From: Antedon mediterranea
Lineage: Eukaryota; Animalia; Echinodermata
DNA: 64,000 bases
Assembly: GCF_964355755.1 (NCBI RefSeq)
Contig: NC_092674.1
Coordinates: 24,056,001 to 24,120,000, forward strand
Direction of reading: 5' to 3'
The translations under genes were made by a program, and so were the position numbers. Shown here in pieces: positions 26,641-39,101 of this stretch. Under the pieces are notes generated by a model. It did no database searches, was not told where the DNA came from, and saw only the letters and a list, made by a program, of their open reading frames with translations. How positions within the stretch are numbered: the first letter of the stretch is position 1; each line of letters begins with the position of its first letter.

Positions 26641-27738
26641 AAACACGCACGAAGGAAATGATTACGATTAAAAAATATTATATATTTTTTAGTAATTACA
26701 ACTTGGTCCTCCGCCAGTTAAATTTAACACATTAATTGTCACACCTTACGTCACTAAGAACATCGTAGGGTTGTTTATTTAGGTTACGAAGCCAAACAAT
26801 GGAGCCTACGTTCTATCTATGAAGCTACTTCGTAGGTAAAGTTGCAGTATTTTCTTTCTGTACTGTACCTTTCTTTTTTACAGTACTGTGTACCTTTCTT
26901 TTTTATTGTAATCCGTGAAAATCAAGGCATGTTTCATTAGTTGTGACAAAATATTGAATTTAAAGAAGTGGATAATACTGTATAAGGGAGATTGTTGCAT
27001 TAGACATTCAACAGCATGTACTCTAATGCCCTGTCTACACTATCTTTATTTGACAAAAAAATATGATGTCATATCACTACCATATTTGTGCATATCACTA
27101 CTAACTATATTTGGGAATACATCACACTTTTTCTGTCAAACCACTGTATTGATAGTGTAGACAGCTTTAGATCATCAATCAATAAATGACCTTTGAACTT
27201 TCATTCATTGATAGAGATTACATGAATGCATTTTATTTCTGCGGATAAACATGATATTTAATGAAAAAATCAATACTGCACATATTTCAGCAATGAATAA
27301 AATCAAATAAATAAATTGTTATAATAGCCATATCAAAATCATATGGAATTACATGTACATCAAAACAGCTTCAGAAACATAGTGAAAATTGTAATATAAG
27401 CTGATTGGTGATTTTATTTTATGAAATCAATAATATGTAGGCCTACTGTATTCTGTCTGTGAATTTTAAGCAGGATTTTTTCCAAAATTTACAGTATGAC
27501 AGTTGTACTGTATGTTCATTTATAGCAGTACTGTATTATTTTTTAGTATTTGTCAAGTATTATTTAATCAAATTATATTTAAATCAGTGTCACATAATGT
27601 ATCACATGTATAATATACTGTACTGTATGCAAATATACATTTTTTTAAATTTAATAACAAGTGTATTTGGTCCGTTTGCCACATGTGATAAACAGTGTGA
27701 CAATTGTACAGTTTTTACAGTGTGCCGATGATACTGGA

Positions 27739-27783
27739 ATGCCATACGAAGATGCAGTATACAGAATTGGGTTGAAAACAGTG
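27739..27783 (+). CDS. UBL3: UBL3 candidate first coding exon (MPYEDAVYRIGLKTV)
   Basis: Acceptor TTTTTACAG at 27720, ATG at 27739 and a phase-0 donor GTTAAG matching the next exon. The sequence is not conserved, so the boundaries are uncertain. Confidence 0.45.
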
Positions 27784-27863
27784 GTTAAGTGTATAACACA
27801 CTACTGTAGTTTTGTAATACATTGTACAGTAATCACATTCCTGTTTTGTTTTTTTTTTTCTAG

Positions 27864-27975
27864 ATTGGGTTACGCCTTATACATCCAGTAAATGGAAACA
27901 GCAAAGAGTATTTCTTCACACCTAATGATTCTGCAACTGATGTAGTGAATCACGTATTTGACAATTGGCCTCAAG
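27864..27975 (+). CDS. UBL3: Ubiquitin-like protein 3, exon
   Basis: IGLRLIHPVNGNSKEYFFTPNDSATDVVNHVFDNWPQ vs human INLRLILVSGKTKEFLFSPNDSASDIAKHVYDNWP. AG/GT, phase 0-1. Confidence 0.93.
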
Positions 27976-28957
27976 GTTGGTTGGTTTTTTCATCGTACAA
28001 TTTTCAAAACCTGGCTCTGATACCGTGGGATGGAATGAAATGACACTTTATTACACATATAGCACAGATCCATTATAAAAGTTAGAATAAATGTTGGTTT
28101 CCAATCAAAATTTAAAGGTCACAAATAGTTTCAAAACCAGGTTCTGTATCCCTGATACCGTGGGATGAAATGAAATGACACTTTATTATGCATACAGCAC
28201 AGGTACAATTATAAGATTTAGAATAAATGTTGGTTTCCAATCAAAATTTAAAGATCACAAATAGTTTTCAAAACCAGGTCCTGAAACCCTGATACCGTGA
28301 TGGTGCGATGGAATGAAATGACACTTTATTACGCATACAGCACAGGGGTCATTCCATCTCAGATCACCCAATGAGTTAAACCCTACCTCTTCCAATTTTG
28401 ATGAAATTTGGTATATGGGTGATTCATAGCAATTAAAGCCAAAATTTCAAATTTTAACTTTATTGGACCAACGGTTTTCGAGATATCGCAATTTCAATTT
28501 TCGGTTTTTACGCAAAAAAGGGCGCGTCCGCCACGTTTCAAAGAGCTGTATCTCGGGAACTATAGGTTCGATTTTAAAAGCAAAGGTATTTTTGTAAAGG
28601 GGAGACCATAAGGAATCTAAATATACTAATTGTGTGTGTTTTATGTTAATTTTAAGTTGAATAAAACTTTGACATATATTTTGACCTTGAAATTGACCCC
28701 GTGGAACACGCCCGTTTTGTTGGTGACTATCATGAAAAATGTAGCCCTACGTGTCAACTACAACATATACAAAAATTGGAGGGGTTTTTTTCTTTGTTTC
28801 CATGAAATTACAATTTGAAGTTGACATACCTCTTCCTTTTAGTGTATTTTTGGTGTCTGTCCATGCATTACTTCAATGTCAATTTGATGTATTCCAAAAT
28901 TAATTTTATTTACAAACTAAATATTATTATAATGTTACAATTGTCTATGTCTGGCCT

Positions 28958-30237
28958 TTACTCCTTGTCATCTGGACAATTCAAACAGTATTTAGAAATG
29001 TTGTGGCGATCATTTTGGGAAATACTGTAATTCCTAGTCGAAGAGGATTTTATAAACGGAGAGGATTTTATAAACGGAGAGGCTATAATACAATGTACAT
29101 TTGATTCAGGAATCCAACAACAGTCTTCTTTGGACGGCCAATAAAAGGTTTTCGCTGACCCATGAGGATGCATAAATTTAATTTGAAAATCCCCAAACTC
29201 TTCTGAGAGTGAGACATCCACCACCAAACCAATCCATGGGACACCATCATAACTACAGCACACAAAATTCTGAAGTCTAATAATGGTGGGTTGTGTATCA
29301 GCAACAATTTCATTTTCATCACTGAAAGATTCTTGAATCACTACCACATCCGGAGGGTTTATCTGGGTACTAAGTTTGTAGACCTGCATCTGTGCCAGAG
29401 AAACGGGAACAAAGCGATGATATTGTAATGTACCCTTGATGGTCTGGGCGAGGTTGAATCTCGGCTTTATTTCTTTTTCTACAGTAGATACCTCATCTAT
29501 TCCCACATGAAAAAAGTTGATGCCTGGAATGTCCATATGAGCGAGTCATATGGCCGAGCGGTTAAGGCAGGGGCGCCGTTTACCGTACCTAAAAGACAAC
29601 AACATCGGCAAGGGTTCGAGGCCGACTCGCTCCTCTCTTCAAGTCTTCTCGGATAAGGACTATAAACCATAGTCCAGTGTACACAGTTATAACATGTGTG
29701 TACTTTAAAGGACCCAGTTCATTATTCGAAAAAGAGTAGGGGGTTACCCCGGTGAACTGGTTCACACAATAGCCCCTGTATCAGGGGGATTACCACCTAT
29801 CTGATAGGACAGTGACTAATTCACTATTGATAATCCTTGGCCACATTGCCTAAAGACATAAAATAGAAATAAAAAATTACACAGTAGTCGAACATACTGA
29901 GAGATGTGATAATATGACATTCAGTCAAACGCTGTAAGCTTCTCTTAGTGACAAGCCTCTTAACTGTTCCACCTATGCCATCACACGCACTCTTGCCATG
30001 TGATGTAGCGAAAAAATTCCACTCGGCGTCTAAACCAAAATCTTCCTGGTAGTGGCAAAGGTTAATAAAGTAATATTTGTTTTTGTATTGGCCGCCACAT
30101 CCATCTGTGAAATAATGAACTTTTTTCATGGTTGGTAGTTTTGTTTTTATATAGGGGATGACAACCTTTAAAAAGGCATATACAGTAACTGTTGTATGTT
30201 CTCTGCAATCACTTATTATGCATATGTTAATGTGCAT
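28958..30237 (-). pseudogene. Transposase fragment (Sola2-like catalytic core and C-terminus), split by a SINE
   Basis: HYFTDGCGGQYKN..WNFFATSHGKSACDGIGGTVKR. Removing 29539-29876 joins YCV-N-MDIPGINFFHV in frame (942 nt). Confidence 0.85.
29539..29876 (+). mobile_element. Full-length tRNA-derived SINE with Deu/Nin-like central domain
   Basis: A box TGGCCGAGCGG and B box GGTTCGAGGCC. The core GGATAAGGACTATAAACC..TTAAAGGACCCA..TTCGAAAAAGAGTAGGGGGTTACCCCGGTG resembles the Deu domain as I recall it. A-rich tail. Confidence 0.85.
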
Positions 30238-31390
30238 AATAACATAGTAAGGACACTAAACTATGTGTCAAAATTGATTTGAAAAGTATGTGAGTTACCC
30301 AGTATTTCTCATATCAAAATACATCTACTGTTTAAGTGGGCCTGATGAGAAAGCGTAACAATAAGACACCTTAACAGTTAGTGTTCACACTGTGTATAAG
30401 TATAACAACACCAAAAATACACTAAAAGGAAGAGGTATGTCAACTTCAAATTGTAATTTCATGGAAACAAAGAAAAAAACCCCTCCAATTTTTTTATATG
30501 TTGTAGTTGACACGTAGGGCTACATTTTTCGTGATAGTCACCAACAAATCGGGCGTGTTCCACGGGGTCAATTTCAAGGTCAAAATATATGTCAAAGTTT
30601 TATTCAACTTAAAATTAACATAAAACAAACACAATTAGTATATTTAGGTTCCTTATGGTCTCCCCTTTACAAAAATACCTTTGTTTTTAAAATCGAACCT
30701 ATAGTTCCCGAGATACAGCTCTTTGAAACGTGGCGGCCGCGCGCTTTTTTGCGTAAAAACCGAAAATTGAAATTGCGATATCTCGAAAACCGTTGGTCCG
30801 ATAAAGTTAAAATTTGAAATGTTGGCTTTAATTGCTATGAATCACCCATATACCAAATTTCATCAAAATTGGAAGAGGTAGGGTTTAAAATTCCATTTTT
30901 TTTGGGTGAACTGAGATGGAATGACCCTTAGATCCATATAAAATTTAGAATAAATGTTGATTTCCAATGAAATTTAAAGATCAAAAATGGTTTTCAAAAC
31001 CCATCTCTGAAACCCCGATACCGTGGGATGGAATGAAATGACACTTTATTACGCATACTGCACATATCCATTTATAAAGTGAGAGTAAATGTACTTTTCA
31101 TTTTAAATTCTTACAATCAAAATATGAAGATCAAAGTTCATATGCTGATCCACTAAAAGGGAAATTGTTGGTCTATTAATATTTTTATAGTACAACGAAT
31201 ATTTGCAAAAGGACTATTATTATTATTATTATTGTTTCTATAGTACAACAAAGATTTGCAAAAGTAGAGTTACTGCTTTGGTAGTGGAGTTATATCAGTA
31301 CTGTACAGTACTGTAGCGGGGGGGTGGGGGGGGGGGGGTTTATGTGCTTGTCTTCTAATAGTAATACAAAGATCAAGGGTTCAATCCTAA

Positions 31391-31569
31391 AGCTTGGTTC
31401 CCACTAGAACGTAACGCAAGGACGTAAACGCAACACAAGCGTTTTAACCAATGACAAGCGAAGTTATAGACAGTTAGCAATCACAAGCTAATAAGCCATC
31501 GTTTGTGATTGGTCAATTCACTTGCGTTGCGTTACGTCCTTGTGTTGCGTCGCTAGTGGGAACCACGCT
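31391..31569 (+). mobile_element. 179-bp MITE, family B
   Basis: TIRs AGCTTGGTTCCCACTAG / CTAGTGGGAACCACGCT. Near-identical to the 12707 copy. Older relatives lie at 32178, 46840, 47530-47970 and 49100-49340. Confidence 0.9.
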
Positions 31570-32568
31570 TTACCTAATCACATACTGTAGTTGTCCTGAA
31601 ACAACTCGACTTCATAAACTAAAATAAAACCTATTGTAAACACAATATTGTGTTTACAGTATGTGCTGTTTTAGTTTATCCAACCTATTATGGTTAAGTT
31701 ACTTAATGTTGAATGCGAATGAACTAAAAAAAAATGTTTTTAAATTAAAATCGTGCAATAATATTAAGATGAGATGAAGCATAAATTTACACATTTTGTT
31801 ATTGTTATAATGATTGACAAGGCTAGTAACATACAGTACAGTAATGCTAGGAACTACTAACCTGTCAATTTTTAATTTGAAATTATTTTTCTTGTCGCAT
31901 TCACAGTGTCATTATGATGCTAAGTAAACCAATGCACTTAAGATCATTAAGATTCACTCTTGCATGTCAGTGTGGACTTTTTTTGTAGACATGGTTGTTA
32001 ATGTTATTATGCGGTGTTTTTAATATTATCTAGGCTTTTTGTCAACTTAAAAGTAAACCTTGTCTACAGTACAGTACCATTAAATAGGGAAGACCATTTT
32101 GGTACACAATTTAAGAAAGCCTCTGGCTCTGTACTGAATTTTAAGTCAACACAAAGGTGTTGAGTGATGGGGTGGTAAAGCTTGGTTCCCAATTGGATGC
32201 AATGACATAGACGCAGTGCATATGAACCAATCACAAGCGACAGTTCCGATGATACATCGCATTGTAATTGGTCAAATTACTTGTGGTACGCTTACAGTAT
32301 TACGTTGTGTGGGATCTCATTCTCAGCTTAAGGGGTGCTGGAAGCTATAGCCATAAAATCACAGGTTCAAGTCTTTCCTCGACCATAGAGCCATAGTTCT
32401 ATTGGTAAATCCGGTCTTCTCGAATATAGACTTACGGAAAAACTACAAAAAAATGGTACAGATGATCAAAATTGGTGTAAACTGTAGTTTAGCTCAGCCA
32501 ATGTTCAAATCTTTATTATTATACATTTACTGTCATACGTTAATTGCGAATTAATCTTTTTTTATCAG

Positions 32569-32655
32569 AATGGGAGGCAGACCGAGTAAGTTCAGCTATT
32601 ATATTACGGCTTATCTACCAAGGCAGATTTATTCATGGAAATGTTACACTAGGAG
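32569..32655 (+). CDS. UBL3: Ubiquitin-like protein 3, exon
   Basis: EWEADRVSSAIILRLIYQGRFIHGNVTLG. 87 nt, phase 1-1. Confidence 0.96.
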
Positions 32656-32827
32656 GTAAAATATTGTTTTATTTTCTTACACTTGCAGCCTGTAGTTTTT
32701 AATGTAACTAATAACTTTTTCGGAGAGACTTAATGGCACCGTAATTGGAAGCCGGTGACATTACCCTTAGGAGAGAAGAATGTTGTTGAAAAGTCCACAG
32801 TACAATGAGCGCTATTGCGGATATGGC

Positions 32828-33207
32828 GCTATGGGGTATTGCTAAACCTCGCAAATCCCCGCAAACCTCCAAAAAAACATAGCAAACCCCATCGAACCAA
32901 CATAAAAGTGAATGAATCATGTAGTGTACAACCCACTGGGTATATCCATGTAAAAAAAATATTACATTTTTACTGTTAAATAATTATTTTTGGGTTAAAA
33001 CATCAATTTTGGTCAAAAATGATTGCTAATTTTTAACCAAAAAACGATGTTTTATCACCAAAAAAGTAGTTAACAGTAGAAATTTAATAATTGATATTAT
33101 ATACCCAGTGGGTTGTACACTACATGATTCAATCACTTTTATGTTGGTTCAGTGGGGTTTGCTATGTATTTTTGAAGGTTTGCGGTGTTTAGCAATACCC
33201 GCGCTAT
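32828..33207. mobile_element. Palindromic foldback/MITE remnant
   Basis: 32835-32945 is the reverse complement of 33099-33200 (e.g. ATCATGTAGTGTACAACCCACTGGGTATAT). Weaker symmetry continues to the centre at about 33020. Confidence 0.75.
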
Positions 33208-33974
33208 GCACAGTAAATCTTTATTATCTATTATCATTATCACAATACAACTCATAAGCAAGTTAGTTTCGGAGTGCTTTGGAATAAATTTATTCAAGAC
33301 GAATGACTGTACGGACCAGTAGAGTAGAGTACTGTACAGTACAGTACTGTACTGTACAGTATGTTGGAGTTACAAATACTGTTTACAGTAGTACAGATAC
33401 AGTAGTAGCATTAGGGAAATGTTCATTCCAATAGCTACAGTAGGCTATTGATAGTACTGTACAGAGGAACAGGGAATAATTAATTTGATGTTAATTCCAA
33501 TAACTACAGTAGGCTATTGATAGTAGTATTGTACAGAGAGCATTAGGGAATCATTCATTCGACGTTCATTCCAATAACTAGGCTAATAAAAATGTGGCAT
33601 CTACCTGTCAAGCACTAGAGAAGATTGACATAATTATTGTTTTTGTATAAATTGGTTTTTTTTTAAGGGAATGTAAACCGGAGACTCGCTGTCTAAAATG
33701 CTAGTGTATTTTGCTACTTATGTTTATCAAGTACAAGATGCTATAGTAGTATACAATGACAGAAAGATAGTGATTTTGTACATTTATGACCATAAAATAA
33801 ATCTTACTGATAATTTTATCTATCTTTTTCTGTTTATTGTGACTTTTATTCAGTGTTTTAAGATTTTCTTTTGTTTTAAACTTTCCTTTTCAATTACTGT
33901 ATATTTGTATTAATTCCGTTTTGATTTTACGATCATTCGGGAAACCACCTCACGACGGATTAATTTTTGTTGTA

Positions 33975-34186
33975 TGTTATAATATCAAACTATTTTTACA
34001 AAAAATATGTGATGTGCCCAAATATGGTAGTGATATGCCCAAGTGTGATAGTGATATGCCCAAATATGGTAGTGATATGCCCAAATATGGTAGTGATATG
34101 CCCAAATATGATAGTGATATGACATCATCATGTATGGGCACATCACATTTCTTTGTCACATAAAGTTTGATATTGTAGACAGAGCT
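33975..34186 (+). mobile_element. MITE family A copy with four internal 21-bp units
   Basis: ATATGCCCAAATATGGTAGTG repeats and right TIR TTTGATATTGTAGACAGAGCT. Other copies are near 4180, 10717, 11205, 14980, 27027, 34836, 35265, 35960, 40188, 62165 and 63253. Confidence 0.85.
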
Positions 34187-36877
34187 TAAAGGTAAATGAT
34201 TCATAAAAAAAAGTTGTTGTTTTTGTGTCTCATTGCAAGTGAGAGGTCGATTAATATTTAGCATACTGTAGTAATAGTAATAGTATTAACAATAAGTTTA
34301 ATCAATCAATAACGGTTAAAAATACCAAATTGATTCGGTGTTAGAATGCCATTTAACCGGTTATCGCTGGGCAACCTTTAGCTGTACAACATAAAATAAC
34401 AATTAGTTGATTGACAGCTGTTGTATCTTGCATTGTGGGTAATGCATTGTTAATGTAAGCGGAAAATTTAGAAGAAATGCAGTCGGCCTAAATATTATGT
34501 TTTTTTAGTAAACAGTATATTCGGCGCTATGCAGCAGAAACAGGCCCTAAGAAACCTCAATAGAGAATTTGAATATAAGGGAAGTATACTGTAGTTAATG
34601 ATGATATTGATTATAATAATCATAATGATATACAGTACTGTAGTAATAGTGTTTTCAACTTTGATCTTTTGGGCTAAAGCCTTTATATTATACTTTATTG
34701 ATTGTTTATTAAGACATCAGTATTCGATATGTTTGTGTTCAGTCTGCCATGAATTAATTGCTGTTTGTTTTGTAAATAAAGCAAGTCATCATCTCTTGTC
34801 ATGTCATAACTTCATTTGACAGTTATTAGTGTTAGTCTCTGTATACACTATAAAACTAATTTTACAAAAAAGTGTGCTAAATTATGGTAGTGATATGGCC
34901 AAATATGGTAGTGTAAGTGAATGACATCATCATGTCCATACAGATACAGTATATGGGCACATAGAATCTGATAGTGATAGTAAAGCTTTAAAAGCAGTTA
35001 GATTAGACTGAGTATTTGTTAGTAAAATTTATTTTACCATCACAATTCACAATGCCACTTTTTCAGAGAGCAGTGAAGCAAATCGATCATTGTTCTTAAA
35101 ACGTGGGCACGCAACATAAAAAGAGATTGAAATAGGAAATTAATGACTCACTTTTAATTGACTAAAAATGAGGATTATAATATTTTTTCAAGTTCTGGTT
35201 ATGAACATTTTTTTTGTCGTGCAAAAAGTTTGATAATGTAGACAGAGCTTAAAAAATGTTCATACCATACAGTATGATGTGCTCATATGGACATGATGGT
35301 GTCATATCACTACCATATTTGGGCGTATTATCACTATCATATTTGGGCAAATCACACCTTTTTTTGTCAAACTAGATTTATAGTGTAGACAGAGCTTTAG
35401 AATTGTGTTTTTCATTTTTGAACATCGATTATGATATTAATATTGAACTTTACAGTAATATCAAATGCAATATACAATCTACAGTAATTTCAGATGTTTT
35501 TCCACTTCCAAATGTTTTATTTATTTCTATCAATTTATTCATGAATATTAATTTTGTTTTAATTACAATTATAAAGTTAAATGTATGTATGTGCCATGTG
35601 TACAGTACTTCGTATAATTTGTATAAGATTTAAATAACAAAAAAAATCCTTTTAGTGCATCGTACTTATCAAGTCACATTACTATCAAATTGTTTTGTTA
35701 AGAGCATACTCTTTTAAACTACTATTTAGTATTATTATTAAGCACTGTACATGTTGTCTACATTGTTTTGTCTTTGGTAACTAATGGTGACCACTTCAAC
35801 GTCCACATAATTTATGTTGTTCATATTAGGTGAGGAGTAGTGCGTCACAGTTAGTGTCATCGTATTAATAATAGACTGCGATAGTCTGATTAAATGAAAA
35901 ACATACAATAATAGTTAATACAGTATGTCATTAAACACTATATACGCTTTAAACATTTCACAAAGTTGATGTGCTCATATATGGACATGATGATGTCATA
36001 TCACTACCATATTTTGGCATATCACTACCATATTTGGGCACATCACACTTTTTGTGTCAAACTAGTTTGATAGTGTCATCTCATTTTTATTTTGGTAAAG
36101 TTGATCACTTTTCTCTTGATATGTCGCAGTCTTAAATCACTCCTTGCACTAATAATTTCACCTCTAATGTAATACTATATTTCCAGTGTTCTGTAACTGT
36201 GCATGTTCTAAATTTTCACATGTTTTCTTTCTTCATCCTTTTCCACTCTCTTTCTACTATTAAGGATGAAATAATGATACTGTATAAGTAATTTGAACTA
36301 GTTTAAAACTGTAATGCAGAACTGTTGTACTTGCTAAAAAATGTAGAAAATGTAAGAATTGTTTGTCAAATTTATTGTATTTTTTGTAGGGAACAAATCG
36401 AGCCTCTATATGGCACTAATTTAGCCTTTATAGGGCACTAATTTTGCTCCTATTGGAAAAAAAAAAATTATAGGTAGATTTTACAGAAATTGTAATATGT
36501 AAAACATGCCACCTATTATAATTTAAGAGCAATCAATACATAATTACTGTGCTTTATTTATACCAACAAAATATACGGATTAATCAATAATATGATTATT
36601 GACTTTGTAATGGTCATAAAATGTTCATATTTATGTTAACAAAAGAGACGTGTACAATTTATTTTGAAGTAAGGCAAACTATCATGTTTATATTGCAATC
36701 AATAGTCATTATCTAGTGTATAAAAGCTGTAGACGTGATCTTTATTGTGGCTGTCTGTCTGTTTATTTTTAACTTAATTAAATGACTTAAATGATTACAC
36801 GGAAGACCATTTGATACGACATACAATTTAACTGTCTATATTGCGTAATAATGGTTCTAGACTCACTGATACTGTAC

Positions 36878-38827
36878 ATAGGATGATAAGGATCAACAAT
36901 AAATATAGTAGACAATGTAAACACACAGTACATGTAATGTTTAGGCAATCGTACTAGCATGTGGATGGTAACTGTATAGGTTACAGACCAGTCTGACCAG
37001 TGCTACTCTGTATTGCTTGTAGAGGACTGCTACTATAGGATGATAAGGATCAACAATAAATATAGTAGAAACTGGAAACACACAGTACATGTAATGTTTA
37101 GGCAATCGTACTAGCATGTGGATGGTAACTGTATGGGTTGCAGACCAGTCTGACCAGTGCTACTCTGTATTGCTTGTAGAGGACTGCTACTATAGGATGA
37201 TAAGGATCGACAATAAATATAGTAGACAATGTAAACACACAGTACATGTAATGTTTAGGCAATCGTACTAGCATGTGGATGGTAACTGTATGGATTGCAG
37301 ACCAGTCTGACCAGTGCCACTCTGTATTGCTTGTAGAGGACTGCTACTATAGGATGATAAGGATCGACAATAAATATAGTAGACAATGTAAACACACAGT
37401 ACATGTAATGTTTAGGCAATCGTACTAGCATGTGGATGGTAACTGTATAGGTTACAGACCAGTCTGACCAGTGCCACTCTGTATTGCTTGTAGAGGACTG
37501 CTACTATAGGATGATAAGGATCGACAATAAATATAGTAGACACTGGAAACACACAGTACATGTAATTTCTAGGCAATCGTACTAGCATGTGGATGGTAAC
37601 TGTATGGGTTATTGACCAGTCTGACCAGTGCTACTCTGTATTGCTTGTAGAGGACTGCTACTATAGGATGATAAGGATCAACAATAAATATAGTAGAAAC
37701 TGGAAACACACAGTACATGTAATGTTTAGGCAATCGTACTAGCATGTGGATGGTAACTGTATAGGTTACAGACCAGTCTGACCAGTGCCACTCTGTATTG
37801 CTTGTAGAGGACTGCTACTATAGGATGATAAGGATCAACAATAAATATAGTAGAAACTGGAAACACACAGTACATGTAATGTTTAGGCAATCGTACTAGC
37901 ATGTGGATGGTAACTGTATAGGTTACAGACCAGTCTGACCAGTGCTACTCTGTATTGCTTGTAGAGGACTGCTACTATAAGATGATAAGGATCAACAATA
38001 AATATAGTAGACAATGTAAACACACAGTACATGTAATGTTTAGGCAATCGTACTAGCATGTGGATGGTAACTGTATAGGTTACAGACCAGTCTGACCAGT
38101 GCTACTCTGTATTGCTTGTAGAGGACTGCTACTATAGGATGATAAGGATCAACAATAAATATAGTAGACAATGTAAACACACAGTACATGTAATGTTTAG
38201 GCAATCGTACTAGCATGTGGATGGTAACTGTATGGATTGCAGACCAGTCTGACCAGTGCCACTCTGTATTGCTTGTAGAGGACTGCTACTATAGGATGAT
38301 AAGGATCAACAATAAATATAGTAGAAACTGGAAACACACAGTACATGTAATGTTTAGGCAATCGTACTAGCATGTGGATGGTAACTGTATAGGTTACAGA
38401 CCAGTCTGACCAGTGCCACTCTGTATTGCTTGTAGGGGACTTAAGACTGCTACTATAGGATGATAAGGATCAACAATAAATATAGTAGAAACTGGAAACA
38501 CACAGTACATGTAATGTTTAGGCAATCGTACTAGCATGTGGATGGTAACTGTATAGGTTACAGACCAGTCTGACCAGTGCTACTCTGTATTGCTTGTAGA
38601 GGACTGCTACAGTACTATAGGATGATAAGGATCAACAATAAATATAGTAGACAATGTAAACACACAGTACATGTAATGTTTAGGCAATCGTACTAGCATG
38701 TGGATGGTAACTGTATGGATTGCAGACCAGTCTGACTAGTGCCACTCTGTATTGCTTGTAGGGGACTTAAGACTGCTACTATAGGATGATAAGGATCAAC
38801 AATAAATACATAGTAGAAACTGTAAAC
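36878..38827 (+). repeat. 157-bp satellite, about 12.4 copies, in a UBL3 intron
   Basis: The GGATGATAAGGATC anchor recurs at 36881, 37038, 37195 and onward. Units are highly similar. Confidence 0.97.
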
Positions 38828-39023
38828 ATATATTTTTCTTACAAAACAAAATAAAATAGAAAAGTTTTTAATTATACCTGTAGAACTATATGATAACTGA
38901 TGCTGTCTTTGATAAAAATAATATTTCTTTTAAATCCAACCAAATGACGTCATGGTCACTAAGATTAAGACGTTGGACGTCATAAAATCGATTAACTTTT
39001 GAAAAATGATTTTGTCTTTACAG

Positions 39024-39101
39024 CTTTACAATTGCCTATTGGAAAGACAACTGTTATGCATATACTGGCAAGAGAAACATTACCAGAGCCTAATTCACAA
39101 G
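39024..39101 (+). CDS. UBL3: Ubiquitin-like protein 3, exon
   Basis: ALQLPIGKTTVMHILARETLPEPNSQ. 78 nt, phase 1-1. Confidence 0.96.

Larger units (their letters stand above)
28346..30927 (-). mobile_element. Internally deleted Sola2-like DNA transposon with about 510-bp TIRs, in a UBL3 intron
   Basis: GGGTCATTCCATCTCAG...CTGAGATGGAATGACCC. TIRs 28346-28856 and 30409-30927 are nearly identical. Contains a DDD/E transposase fragment. The TSD is imperfect (ACAG/TTAG). Confidence 0.85.
28003..31085 (+). repeat. About 130-135 bp tandem repeat (GATACCGTGGGATGGAATGAAATGACACTTTATT core) split by the Sola-like insertion
   Basis: Units at about 28003, 28131 and 28267; the array resumes in register at 30928-31085. 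Confidence 0.8.

Noticed and set aside
33921-34264. MPKYGSD-repeat ORFs (also 63238-63423)
   Set aside because: By-product of the 21-bp internal repeat of MITE family A.
36881-37000. C/D-box snoRNA array hypothesis for the 157-bp satellite (ATGATAA...CTGA)
   Set aside because: The C box is imperfect, the terminal stem is negligible, there is no recognisable rRNA antisense element, and twelve copies in one intron fit a satellite better.
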